Source: an uncultured Lachnospiraceae bacterium (lineage in GTDB: Bacteria > Bacillota > Clostridia > Lachnospirales > Lachnospiraceae). Taken from it: a DNA stretch of 64,000 bases. Positions 9,120 to 18,627 of the stretch are shown in pieces. Under the pieces are notes generated by a model. That model saw nothing but the letters and a program-made list of their open reading frames with translations, was not told the DNA's origin and did no database searches. The DNA is taken from positions 1,147 through 65,146 of the forward strand of contig CASCGD010000003.1 of assembly GCA_949132985.1 (NCBI GenBank), in the 5' to 3' direction. Position numbers and translations under genes: made by a program. The first letter of the stretch is position 1. Each line of letters opens with the position of its first letter.

Positions 9120-9431
9120 ATGTATTGCTACATATGCAGCCCATACCGCGGAAACCTGATCAGGCGCATCCGAAACCGGCGCTATGCCAGGGCGCTGACA
9201 AAACGGGCTATTGACATGGGTTACACACCGATCACACCGCATCTGTATCTGACGCAGGTCTTAAATGACAACCGGCAGCAGGAGCGGGAAAAGGGTCTGA
9301 AACTTGGCCTGGATTTACTAAACGTCTGCGGGACAATGATAGTCGGCTGCCGCTATGGGATCACGGAAGGGATGCAGAAAGAGATCACGCAGGCAGCGCG
9401 GATGCGCGTGGATATCAAATATCGGGGGTAG
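9120..9431 (+). CDS. Nucleoside 2-deoxyribosyltransferase-like (DUF4406-like) protein
   Basis: YICSPYRG...PITPHL...ITEGMQKEI. Confidence 0.7.
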   Translation: MYCYICSPYRGNLIRRIRNRRYARALTKRAIDMGYTPITPHLYLTQVLNDNRQQEREKGLKLGLDLLNVCGTMIVGCRYGITEGMQKEITQAARMRVDIKYRG

Positions 9432-9433
9432 AG

Positions 9434-9622
9434 ATGGCAGAAAAAATGATAAACGTTACTGCGGCCCTGTCCGCGGCAGTGCTCCTCGCGGGGGTAGTGT
9501 TGACGCCATGGCTGGGGTTTGCAGGGCTGAAAATTGCGTCAGGTGCAGTGCTGGTGCTTGCGGTTGCTTGTCTGGCACATTTCGCGGTCAAATCAAAAAT
9601 ATGGGGAGGGAAAGGTGAATGA
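9434..9622 (+). CDS. Small membrane protein
   Basis: Two hydrophobic helices, operon packing. Confidence 0.55.
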   Translation: MAEKMINVTAALSAAVLLAGVVLTPWLGFAGLKIASGAVLVLAVACLAHFAVKSKIWGGKGE

Positions 9623-9804
9623 GCGAGGTAGCAGTACAAACATATCGATGCAGCAAGGTCGGGAAGACATGCATCTACGGGTGCAGGCTGTCAGGAGAAC
9701 CGATCTGTGAATACATATTAATCGAGCACCACCGGCGGGGTTGCCCTCCAGAGGCATGTGACAAATACGCGAGGAAGGCCAGACGGAGGAAGGCAAAGCT
9801 ATGA
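9619..9804 (+). CDS. Small Cys-rich phage protein
   Basis: C..C..CEYIL...RRGCPPEACDKY. Confidence 0.6.
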   Translation: MSEVAVQTYRCSKVGKTCIYGCRLSGEPICEYILIEHHRRGCPPEACDKYARKARRRKAKL

Positions 9805-11303
9805 TAAATGGGAAACTAATTGTAGACAATTTTGCCGGTGGCGGCGGTGCAAGCACCGGAATCGAAATAGCAACCGGATACAGCGTGGACATAGCAGTTA
9901 ACCATGATCCGGAAGCGATAAAAATGCATAAGGCAAATCATCCGGCCACAACGCATTATTGCGAAAATGTATGGTCGGTTGACCCGGTGAAAGCCTGCGG
10001 CGGGCATCCGGTGGCGCTTGCATGGTTCTCCCCGGACTGCAAGCATTTTTCCAGGGCAAAAGGCGGAAAGCCGAAGGACAAGAACATCCGGGGGCTTGCA
10101 TGGGTGGCCTGCCGGTGGGCGGGGCTTGTCCGGCCGGACGTGATCATGCTCGAAAATGTGGAAGAGTTTAAGACGTGGGGGCCGCTGAACAGGCGGCACC
10201 GCCCGATCTCGAAAAAGCGCGGAGAGACGTTCCGGAAGTTTGTCAGCCAGCTGGAAAATCTGGGCTATGCCGTGGAATACCGGGAGCTGGTGGCTGCTGA
10301 TTACGGCACGCCCACCATGCGCAGAAGATTTTTTCTGGTCGCCCGGTGCGACGGCAGGCCGGTTGTCTGGCCGAAGCCGACACATGCGCCGGTGGAGAGC
10401 GAGGCGGTAAAGGCCGGGCTTCTGAAACCTTATGTCGGAGCCTGGACGCAGATCGATTTTTCCCTGCCGTGTCCGTCTATCTTTGACACTGCCGGGGAAA
10501 TCAAAGAGAAATACGGCATCCGTGCCGTGCGTCCGCTTGCCGAAAAAACGATGGAGCGGATCGCGAGAGGCCTGAAAAAATTTATACTGGATAATCCGGA
10601 ACCTTTTGTCATCCGAGGGGCCTCGGCGGCAGAAAACCGCAGCCTTTTCGTCGCACCGACACTGATACAGTATCATTCCGAGACGTATAACGGCGTGGTC
10701 CGGGGGCAGAAGCTGGACAGGCCCATCATGACGGTGGACGGCTCCAACCGATACGGTCTGGCAGCGGCATTCCTGCAGAAATACTATGGAGGCGGCTATA
10801 CGGGCGCAGGGGAGAGCGTATCGAATCCGCTGCCGACTGTGACAACACGGGATCATAACAGCATATGTGCGGTCACACTCATCCAGATGAATAATCATTG
10901 CGACGGGAAAAATATCAGGGAACCACTGCCAACCGTCACGGCGGGTGACGGCCATTTCGGCGAGGTGAGGGCGTTCCTGATCAAATATTATGGACAGGGC
11001 ACCGGGCAGGCAGTCACAGATCCTTTGGATACAATCCCGACGCATGACAGATTCGGCCTTGTCACGATTGCGGGAACGGATTATCAGATCGTAGACATTG
11101 GTCTGCGGATGCTTGAACCGAAGGAACTGTATGGATGCCAGGGCTTTCCGGCTGATTACATCATCGATCATGACCACACCGGGAAGAAGTATCCCAGAAG
11201 TGAGCAGGTGCGGCGGTGCGGCAATGCGGTATGTCCACCGATTCCGGCGGCACTGGTCAGGGCAAATCTGCCGGAATTATGCTGTTCAGTGAAGGAGTCT
11301 TAA
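9801..11303 (+). CDS. DNA (cytosine-5) methyltransferase
   Basis: FAGGGG motif I, SPDC motif IV, ENV motif VI, RRRFF motif VIII, GNAV motif X. Confidence 0.93.
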   Translation: MINGKLIVDNFAGGGGASTGIEIATGYSVDIAVNHDPEAIKMHKANHPATTHYCENVWSVDPVKACGGHPVALAWFSPDCKHFSRAKGGKPKDKNIRGLAWVACRWAGLVRPDVIMLENVEEFKTWGPLNRRHRPISKKRGETFRKFVSQLENLGYAVEYRELVAADYGTPTMRRRFFLVARCDGRPVVWPKPTHAPVESEAVKAGLLKPYVGAWTQIDFSLPCPSIFDTAGEIKEKYGIRAVRPLAEKTMERIARGLKKFILDNPEPFVIRGASAAENRSLFVAPTLIQYHSETYNGVVRGQKLDRPIMTVDGSNRYGLAAAFLQKYYGGGYTGAGESVSNPLPTVTTRDHNSICAVTLIQMNNHCDGKNIREPLPTVTAGDGHFGEVRAFLIKYYGQGTGQAVTDPLDTIPTHDRFGLVTIAGTDYQIVDIGLRMLEPKELYGCQGFPADYIIDHDHTGKKYPRSEQVRRCGNAVCPPIPAALVRANLPELCCSVKES

Positions 11304-11309
11304 GTTTAG

Positions 11310-12125
11310 ATGAAAGCGATTATGAAATATCCCGGAAGCAAATGGAGCATCGCGGACTGGATCATCAGTTATTTTCCGGAGCACCACAGCTATCTGGAGC
11401 CGTTTTTCGGCTCGGGCGCGGTCCTGTTCCATAAGCCCCAGAGCAACATCGAGACAGTCAATGATCTCGACGGGAACGTCGTCAACCTTTTTGAGTGGAT
11501 CAAAAAGGACCCGGAGCGCCTTGCGCACGAGATATATTTTACACCGTATGCCAGACAGGTTTACGAGGATGCTTTTGCGGCGGTACCGGCGGACAGCTTC
11601 GGCCGGGCGGTAAATTTCTACATCCGTCTCAATATGGGTCACGGCTTCCGCACAAATGGAGAAAAGGTCGGATGGAAAAATGATGTACAGGGCCGGGAGC
11701 GTGCCTATGCGGCGCAGGACTGGTGCCGTTACCCGGAAAAGATCATGCAGGCAGCAGAGCGCCTGCGGGGCGTGCAGATCGAGAACCGCCCGGCAGCAGA
11801 GCTGGTCGAGAGGTTTAACAGCAAAAAGGTGCTCATCTACGCAGACCCGCCCTATGTCCTCAGGACAAGGCACGGGAAGCAGTACCGGCATGAGATGGAC
11901 GACCAGGCGCAGGACGATCTCTTAGATGTGCTGCTGGACCACAAAGGTCCGGTGCTCCTAAGTGGATATGACAATGCCCTGTATAACGACCGTCTGCGGG
12001 GCTGGTGCCGGGAAGAGACAACCTGCTATTCGCAGGCACACTCCAAGAAAAGGGAAGTGCTCTGGATGAATTTCCAGCCAGAAAACATACAGATGGATCT
12101 TAAGGATTTTGAGGTAAAACAGTGA
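11310..12125 (+). CDS. DNA adenine methyltransferase (Dam/D12 class)
   Basis: KYPGSK, EPFFGSG, DPPY. Confidence 0.93.
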   Translation: MKAIMKYPGSKWSIADWIISYFPEHHSYLEPFFGSGAVLFHKPQSNIETVNDLDGNVVNLFEWIKKDPERLAHEIYFTPYARQVYEDAFAAVPADSFGRAVNFYIRLNMGHGFRTNGEKVGWKNDVQGRERAYAAQDWCRYPEKIMQAAERLRGVQIENRPAAELVERFNSKKVLIYADPPYVLRTRHGKQYRHEMDDQAQDDLLDVLLDHKGPVLLSGYDNALYNDRLRGWCREETTCYSQAHSKKREVLWMNFQPENIQMDLKDFEVKQ

Positions 12126-13021
12126 TGGATTTAGAACAGAAAGCAATCGAACGGATTAAGCTTGCATCGGAGATGAGCCTGCACCACTACGGGGAACCGT
12201 TGGTATGTGCCTACTCGGGAGGAAAGGACAGTGATGTAATGCTAGAGCTGTTCAAACGCTCCGGCATACCGTTTGAGGTACACAACAGCCATACAACCGC
12301 GGACGCGCCGCAGACGGTATACCACATCCGCGCGGTATTCCGGGAGCTGGAGCTACAGGGGATTAAATGCACAATCGACTACCACCGGCAGCAGGACGGG
12401 ACAAACATCACCATGTGGAATCTTATCCCAAAAAAACTGATGCCGCCGACGAGGAAGGTGCGTTACTGCTGCTCAGTATTAAAAGAAAGCGGGTGCAGAA
12501 ACCGCATGATCGCGACCGGCGTCCGCTGGGCAGAAAGCGTCAGGAGGAGGGAAAGGGAAGCGTTTGAAGGAATTGTGCCAAGAAAATCAGATAAAATAAG
12601 GGTTTCCGATGAAAAAATGCTCCTGACAGACAACAACGACACAAGACGCTTGTTTGAACACTGCCAGTTAAAAGCGAAAACTGTAGTAAATCCTATTATC
12701 GACTGGACGGATGGAGCCGTATGGGAATTTTACCAGCATGAGTGCAGGCTGCACAATCCGCTCTATGAGATGGTTTGTTACCGCGTCGGCTGTATCGGTT
12801 ACCCAATGGCGAGAAAAAAACGTTACAAGGAATTTGCCATTTTTCCAAATTATAAGCAGGCATACATCCATGCATTTGACCGGATGCTTTTGGAACGTGT
12901 GCGGCGGGGGTTGGAAAGCAAATGGAGTTGTGGGGAAGAGGTTTTCATCTGGTGGATGGAGGATAAAAATATACCAGGGCAGATATCGATGGATGAATAT
13001 TATGGGGAAATGGAGGTGTAA
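12122..13021 (+). CDS. PAPS-reductase-family (PP-loop) protein
   Basis: AYSGGKDS, RYCC, GVRWAES..R, NPIIDW, RVGCIG. Confidence 0.88.
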   Translation: MMDLEQKAIERIKLASEMSLHHYGEPLVCAYSGGKDSDVMLELFKRSGIPFEVHNSHTTADAPQTVYHIRAVFRELELQGIKCTIDYHRQQDGTNITMWNLIPKKLMPPTRKVRYCCSVLKESGCRNRMIATGVRWAESVRRREREAFEGIVPRKSDKIRVSDEKMLLTDNNDTRRLFEHCQLKAKTVVNPIIDWTDGAVWEFYQHECRLHNPLYEMVCYRVGCIGYPMARKKRYKEFAIFPNYKQAYIHAFDRMLLERVRRGLESKWSCGEEVFIWWMEDKNIPGQISMDEYYGEMEV

Positions 13022-13026
13022 AGGGC

Positions 13027-13698
13027 GTGAGGGTATTGCCAATATTATTTAACACGGATATGGTTCGGGCGGTACTGGACAACAGAAAGACGGCCACGCG
13101 GCGGGCTGTGCGATACAAATACAGTAACACTGAAATGAAAATGCGGACGGATAAGTATGGGACATGTCTTATTGAGATCCAAAAAGATATTGAAGGGGAG
13201 ACACACGGTAAGTATCCGGATGGCCGCAAATGGCAGAAACTCCTCCCGTACATAGAAAAGAAAGCACCGTATAAAAAGGGTGATGTCCTGTATGTCCGTG
13301 AGACATGGGCATTTTTACCGTGCATTGACTGTGTACGTGAAGGGACAGACTGCGGCAGGCCATGCGTTACATATGAGGACAAAGACGGTGTATCGGACGG
13401 ATGCTTTGTGTACCGGGCAGACCATCCGGACCCGGGCCGCGTCAGCTGGAGCCCGTCCATCCATATGCCAAAGGCAGCGGCCAGAATCTGGCTGGAGGTT
13501 ACGGACGTAAGGACGGAACGCCTGCAGGACATAGACGATAAGGGGATTGTAGCGGAAGGTCTTGAGATCGGGGCGCCGTTTGAAGAATTATGGGATTCTA
13601 CCATCAAGAAATCCGATCTTGATCGCTACGGCTGGGATGCCAACCCGTGGGTATGGACAATAGAATTTGAGCGTTGCGAAAAGCCAAAGGAGGGCTGA
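13027..13698 (+). CDS. ASCH/PUA-like phage protein
   Basis: ILFNTDMVRA...KTATRR...GDVLYVRETW...PSIHMP...NPWVW. Confidence 0.75.
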   Translation: MRVLPILFNTDMVRAVLDNRKTATRRAVRYKYSNTEMKMRTDKYGTCLIEIQKDIEGETHGKYPDGRKWQKLLPYIEKKAPYKKGDVLYVRETWAFLPCIDCVREGTDCGRPCVTYEDKDGVSDGCFVYRADHPDPGRVSWSPSIHMPKAAARIWLEVTDVRTERLQDIDDKGIVAEGLEIGAPFEELWDSTIKKSDLDRYGWDANPWVWTIEFERCEKPKEG

Positions 13699-13702
13699 AA
13701 GT

Positions 13703-14359
13703 ATGGATAGATTAACAAGTACGCAAATAATAGAGCACGCAGATGGGACTACTCATGAACAGATGTATTGCTTTGATCATCTCTGGGGTCCGGCGTATTT
13801 CAAAAAGGGCACAAAAGATTATGACGAATATCTCCAATTAGTAAAACGCCTTGTTGAATACGAAAATACCGGCCTTACACCGGAGCAGATCAAGGAGATG
13901 GACAGGCTCTACAAAGCAAAAAGCGAAGAGCTGGCGGAGTGTAAAGCACGGCAGCAGGACAACACCTTAAACCTGCCCTGCAAGATCGGGCAGGAGGTAT
14001 ATATCGTCAGCTTAAACAGGACCGGGTATACCACGGGCGAAGTCGTATCTATCAAAATCGGCGCACATGGGGTGTCACTGCGCATTTATATCCCGTCGGA
14101 TAAGCAGCATATCAACCGCGCGTTTGAGCAGATCGGCAAGAGTGTGTTTTTCGAGCGAGCATCAGTTGAAAAGGCATTGGTGGTGAGGAGGGAATGTACA
14201 CATGAACATAACACCAAGAAAGGCATCAGATCGGGGCGGCTATCTAATGATGCCGCTTGTAAAAAACATCCCAGAGCCGAAACATCCGGAATGGAGACGG
14301 ACAACCTGCCCGGCATGTGGTCGGGAGTGCTGGGAGCGACCTCTTCCGGCAGGATTTGA
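13703..14359 (+). CDS. Hypothetical mosaic phage protein
   Basis: RL.EYENTGLTPEQI and LPCKIG modules. Confidence 0.65.
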   Translation: MDRLTSTQIIEHADGTTHEQMYCFDHLWGPAYFKKGTKDYDEYLQLVKRLVEYENTGLTPEQIKEMDRLYKAKSEELAECKARQQDNTLNLPCKIGQEVYIVSLNRTGYTTGEVVSIKIGAHGVSLRIYIPSDKQHINRAFEQIGKSVFFERASVEKALVVRRECTHEHNTKKGIRSGRLSNDAACKKHPRAETSGMETDNLPGMWSGVLGATSSGRI

Positions 14360-14459
14360 CAGATCATCTTTTGACGGAGTGCTTTGTACAGAGTGCGCAT
14401 TAATGGACGAACATAAAAAATACCCCAAAAATGTGAAAGGTGCGGAACAGAAACATTAG
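14202..14459 (+). CDS. Small Zn-finger phage protein
   Basis: CPACG...CTEC; GAGGAGG RBS. Confidence 0.6.
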   Translation: MNITPRKASDRGGYLMMPLVKNIPEPKHPEWRRTTCPACGRECWERPLPAGFDRSSFDGVLCTECALMDEHKKYPKNVKGAEQKH

Positions 14460-14612
14460 AATTATACAATCTCTCAATTCCACGCCAGATGCTTGGCGAC
14501 ACAAGTATTATCCACGAAACCTTCGCGGGACATGACAGAATGGCGACTGTATGCCGTGGATGCTTGAAAAGAGCTGAAGAAGAATTACGTAAATGGATGG
14601 GATGGTGATTAA

Positions 14613-15317
14613 GTGAGGGAAATAATAGAAGATATGCTGATATGGACCATGGCAATATCTCTGTGGGTTTTAGCGCAGCCGATGAAAATGATTAAAATTA
14701 TGAGAGGGCGGTGTTTGGTATCCGGATGCGGAAATAAGGCAACACATTTTGGGATTGATGGGCATGAATCATATGGGATGTGTGATGATTGTTACAATGA
14801 TTATAAAAATTTAGCGAATAAGCTGGAATGTATTGCAGATGAATTACAGCAAATGGGGAGGGGGCAAGTCATGAGCGATGGTTCTGACAGAATGAGGGAA
14901 ATTTTATTCATGGCGAAACGGACAGATGACGGGGGATGGGTAACAGGATATGTTACAAGGATAAAACATTTAGACGAAGAGGGAAAAGTTGAAAGGTATT
15001 ATTTTAACGCATTAAGTGAATCAGGGTGGGTGGCGGAATGTGTTGTATCCGCCGAAAGCGTCTGCCAGTTTACGGGATATGAAGCCATTCGGAGAAAAAA
15101 AGTTTTTGAGCATAATATTGTATTTTGCGAAGACAATCAACATTTTGGTCATGTCGTATCTAAAGACGGGGCATTCTTAATTGAGTGGGAGAGATCGGGA
15201 GATTATTTAAGGCAGGATATACATTTTTGGTTCGCGGAGAGAAGGATGTACGTTGTTGGTAACATTTTTGACAACCCAGAACTTATGAAAGGAAAAGAAG
15301 CAGAATATGAGCAATGA
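14613..15317 (+). CDS. YopX-family protein (domain starts ~14892)
   Basis: MREILF.AKR...W..G; CQFTG; VVGNIFDNPEL. Confidence 0.75.
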   Translation: MREIIEDMLIWTMAISLWVLAQPMKMIKIMRGRCLVSGCGNKATHFGIDGHESYGMCDDCYNDYKNLANKLECIADELQQMGRGQVMSDGSDRMREILFMAKRTDDGGWVTGYVTRIKHLDEEGKVERYYFNALSESGWVAECVVSAESVCQFTGYEAIRRKKVFEHNIVFCEDNQHFGHVVSKDGAFLIEWERSGDYLRQDIHFWFAERRMYVVGNIFDNPELMKGKEAEYEQ

Positions 15318-15924
15318 TCTTATCAACAGGAACACGCTGTTCAAAAAAATGGGTATGAATACGGGGTTATTTGATAAAAATAAGACACCCATCGATGTTG
15401 GTGACAGAACTAGGCTTGTTTTAGATGATGGGGAAGTAAGAGAATTTGATGTATGTTTTAAGACTGTAAATCGCACCACGGTAAAAACTCTGCGGGGGTT
15501 TTCACCGGAAACAGTAGATGTATCTATCACTGGGGTTTTCTTTTGCTGGCGAGGCAATGATTTGCTTCCCTGTGTGGATGAAAACGGTGTTTCTGATGTG
15601 TCAAAGATGGAAGTAATCAGCAAATATAATAACAATGCTAAACCTCCAGATGAAACCGATGGGTTGAAATATGACAAAGAACTGTATTTAGACAACGAGA
15701 TTTATGGACTCGATGAAGATTTTGTAAAAAGAAGTGAAAAGGTCGTAAAGTGCAGAAAACCACATGAATGTAATAATTGCGGAAATGAAATAGAGTCCGG
15801 CAATTATGCAATATGTGAAACTGGCTTTATGTATGGAAATCCGGTTTCCACCTACACATGCATAAAGTGCATGGAGGAATGGATGGAAGAGTTAGGCCGG
15901 GTAGAAACAGGAGACGAAGAATGA
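15307..15924 (+). CDS. Hypothetical mosaic protein with C-terminal Zn ribbon
   Basis: TGLFDKN; CRKPHECNNC...C..C. Confidence 0.65.
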   Translation: MSNDLINRNTLFKKMGMNTGLFDKNKTPIDVGDRTRLVLDDGEVREFDVCFKTVNRTTVKTLRGFSPETVDVSITGVFFCWRGNDLLPCVDENGVSDVSKMEVISKYNNNAKPPDETDGLKYDKELYLDNEIYGLDEDFVKRSEKVVKCRKPHECNNCGNEIESGNYAICETGFMYGNPVSTYTCIKCMEEWMEELGRVETGDEE

Positions 15925-16187
15925 GCAATGATCTAATCAGTAGAGCTGCTCTGTTGAAAGAAATGGAAAAAGGAATCATCATAGAAGACCAGCCAAGTGA
16001 ATACCAGCGCTATCGGAACATAGTAAAGAACATGCCTGCTGCCTATGATACAGACAAGGCAGCAGAGCAGATCGAAAAGACAACCAGACCCGGACAACCA
16101 GAATACTACTTAGACGGTCGCCCGGTCATATACAAAGAACAGGCCATAGAGATCATAAGATCAGGAGGGAGGCAGCAGGATGAATAA
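15921..16187 (+). CDS. Hypothetical phage protein
   Basis: MSNDLISRAALL...MPAAYD...AIEIIRSGG. Confidence 0.65.
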   Translation: MSNDLISRAALLKEMEKGIIIEDQPSEYQRYRNIVKNMPAAYDTDKAAEQIEKTTRPGQPEYYLDGRPVIYKEQAIEIIRSGGRQQDE

Positions 16188-17025
16188 AACAAAAATTGAT
16201 TGGTGCGACAGCACATGGAACCCGGTAACGGGTTGCCTGCATGGATGCGAATATTGCTATGCGAGGGGGACGGCAGAACGGTTCAGAGGGTTTGAGCCAT
16301 CAGAAAATGGAGCGTGGGACACAATTCAGTACGGAAAGGGAAAAGAAAGGCTTGGAGTCCTGAATAGTGCGCAGGTAAAGAAATGCAAGGATGGGAAAAT
16401 AATTCGTGCCCCTTATCCATTTGGATTTACCCCGACACTCCACCGTTACCGATTGAACGATTATATAAACAAGAAAGGTAGAAATATCTTTGTCTGCTCC
16501 ATGGCGGATCTGTTTGGGGATTGGGTGCCGGACGAATGGATTGAGGAAGTTTTTGCGGCCTGTGCAAAAGCGCCGCAGCATAATTACCTGTTTCTGACCA
16601 AAAACCCGAAAAGATACCTCGATCTGGAAATATCCGGGAAGCTCCCGAAGGGCGATAATATGTGGTATGGTGTCACGATCAACAATATGAAACAGGTCGA
16701 ACGGGTATATGAAGCAGTCGGAAATTTGCCGGGAAGTACACATCTGTTTCTTAGCGTCGAACCATTGCTGGAAGATATATCATGGCATCCGCGATGGTCT
16801 GATATGGTAATAAATTGGTGGATGGGTTGGGTCATCATTGGCGCGGAAACAGGCAGCAGGAGGAACAAGGTTGTGCCGGAAAGAAAGTGGATCAAGAATC
16901 TTGTAAATGATTGCGGATTCATGCAAATGCCAGTATTTATGAAATCCAGCCTCAAAGAAATCTGGGGCGAACCGCTCATACAGGAATTTCCGAGGAAACT
17001 GAAAGGAGGCAGCAGCCATGCGTAA
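16180..17025 (+). CDS. Gp37/Gp68 (DUF5131) radical-SAM-like protein
   Basis: TWNPVTGCLHGCEYCYA, FVCSMADLF, LTKNP, FLSVEPL, IGAETG. Confidence 0.88.
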   Translation: MNKTKIDWCDSTWNPVTGCLHGCEYCYARGTAERFRGFEPSENGAWDTIQYGKGKERLGVLNSAQVKKCKDGKIIRAPYPFGFTPTLHRYRLNDYINKKGRNIFVCSMADLFGDWVPDEWIEEVFAACAKAPQHNYLFLTKNPKRYLDLEISGKLPKGDNMWYGVTINNMKQVERVYEAVGNLPGSTHLFLSVEPLLEDISWHPRWSDMVINWWMGWVIIGAETGSRRNKVVPERKWIKNLVNDCGFMQMPVFMKSSLKEIWGEPLIQEFPRKLKGGSSHA

Positions 17026-17332
17026 AAGACTGGCCCCATCAGACCGCCAGCTTATCTATAACAGATACAACGGCCATTGCGCCTACTGCGGACAGGTAAT
17101 CACACGGAAAAATTTCCACGTAGACCACATGCTCCCTTCCTGCGGGAGCTGTGCCCGCTACAAGTCAACCCATGACCTTGAGACATTCCGCCGGATGCTT
17201 TCAAAGATCCCAGAGAGACTGCAGCGTGATTCGAGTACATATAAGATTGCGCTTCGCTTCGGCATGGTGAAAGAGTATCGGGAACCGGTCAGGTTTTATT
17301 TTGAGAAGATGGAGGGCAGCAGCCATGGATAA
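17018..17332 (+). CDS. HNH endonuclease with apparent internal deletion
   Basis: GHCAYCG...HVDH joined almost directly to PSCGSC. Confidence 0.65.
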   Translation: MRKRLAPSDRQLIYNRYNGHCAYCGQVITRKNFHVDHMLPSCGSCARYKSTHDLETFRRMLSKIPERLQRDSSTYKIALRFGMVKEYREPVRFYFEKMEGSSHG

Positions 17333-17747
17333 CAAAGAACTGATCCATCAATACGTAGACGCGGCGAAGCTGGCAGAGGAGACACTCGAGGATATTGAAG
17401 CACTGAACAAGAGAAAGTGCCTGGTACTTGGCAAGGTAAAAGGGAGCAACCCTGAGTTCCCATACGAATCAAGGAGCTTTTCGATCTCTGGAACTACATG
17501 CACATTTAAAGAAGCGGACAAGATCAGGGAACAAGAGCGGGTTTTAGAGGAACGATACCAGGCAGCAGTATCGGCGAAGGAAGCGGCTGAAAGGTTTATC
17601 AACCATGCACCGCCACGGATTCAACGGATTATCCGCTATCGGTATATACAGGGATTGTCATGGGATATGACAGCGGCAAAAATAGGAGCAGGTGCATCAG
17701 AAGGGAGCATTCGAAAGGAATTGGAAAGATTTCTAAAAAAAGTTTAG
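17325..17747 (+). CDS. Late transcriptional activator (RinA/ArpU-like)
   Basis: RIIRYRYIQGLSW..TA..IG; last gene before terminase. Confidence 0.75.
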   Translation: MDNKELIHQYVDAAKLAEETLEDIEALNKRKCLVLGKVKGSNPEFPYESRSFSISGTTCTFKEADKIREQERVLEERYQAAVSAKEAAERFINHAPPRIQRIIRYRYIQGLSWDMTAAKIGAGASEGSIRKELERFLKKV

Positions 17748-17750
17748 ATT

Positions 17751-17800
17751 TTGTCCGTTTTGTCCACAATGTCCGGAAAGTTTGTGCTAAATTATAATGG
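17751..17800 (+). promoter_or_regulatory. Late promoter with three TGTCC direct repeats at 9-bp period
   Basis: TGTCC at 17752, 17761, 17770, then a -10-like TATAAT at 17793 with no consensus -35. Confidence 0.6.
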
Positions 17801-17940
17801 AGGAAAGAAGGCAATCACCCCTTGTTCTTGTCAGAAGGAAAGCAGCACGGCAGCAGTCGACGCTGCTTTCCTTTGCGCTAACATGGAATTTTGTGTGCAA
17901 GAAAACAGCCTAAAATAACTGTGGATGCGCGTAAAAAATC

Positions 17941-18000
17941 CAGGTTCTGTGGGAAAAATTTTTTGGTTGCGGGTCGGAACGAGGCCCAAAGCCCGCCTAG
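17941..18000. other. Possible cos/packaging site region
   Basis: Non-coding GC-rich segment directly upstream of the small terminase; positional inference only. Confidence 0.35.
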
Positions 18001-18042
18001 ATATTAAAAATTTTTTATGCTTTGCCGAATCGGAGGTTTAAA

Positions 18043-18627
18043 ATGGGTGCAAAAGGAATGGATGAGTTAGATGACATACTGGTGACGTCAAAAGTGCTGG
18101 AAGCCCTGTTTTGCGTGAAGGACAGGACGATCCGCTATCTTGCGGATAACGGGATTGTAAAGAGGGGTTCGCACGGGAAATATCTGCTGATGGAATCGGC
18201 AAAAAGCTACATACTGGCGCTGAAAGTCAAAAACACCGGAAAGATTCGGACAGATGACGAGGAAGAGGATCTAAACCTGAATGCGGAAAAAGCTATGCAT
18301 GAGCGTGTTAAGCGCCAGATTGATGAGATCAAGCTGCAGCTGATTCGGGGAAAGGTCCATAAGGCCGAGGACGTGGAGGCTGTCATGACCGACATGTTTG
18401 AACGGTTCCGCATGAAAATGTCTGCACTCCCGGCAAAGCTGGCTAAGGGACTGGAGGGAAAGGGGCGTGCTGAGATCCGGAAAATTTTGCAGAAAGAAAT
18501 CAAACAGGCGCTGAATGAACTCGCGGACTATAAGCCGGCCGATTTTTATTCGGATGAGCATATAGAGATTTCCGGGGAGGCGTTAAACGTGCTTGGGGAT
18601 TATGAAGATGGGGAAAACGGAGGTTAA
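18043..18627 (+). CDS. Terminase small subunit (Nu1-like)
   Basis: N-terminal wHTH plus coiled coil, precedes TerL. Confidence 0.85.
   Translation: MGAKGMDELDDILVTSKVLEALFCVKDRTIRYLADNGIVKRGSHGKYLLMESAKSYILALKVKNTGKIRTDDEEEDLNLNAEKAMHERVKRQIDEIKLQLIRGKVHKAEDVEAVMTDMFERFRMKMSALPAKLAKGLEGKGRAEIRKILQKEIKQALNELADYKPADFYSDEHIEISGEALNVLGDYEDGENGG

Noticed and set aside
9816-11177. 453-aa minus-strand ORF (likewise 5204-6106, 42561-43493, 61882-62631)
   Set aside because: Antisense shadows of well-supported plus-strand genes, with no recognisable motifs
12122-13021. Dnd/Ssp phosphorothioation system
   Set aside because: Only a PAPS-reductase-family gene; no DndD/SspC ATPase, DndE or cysteine desulfurase alongside
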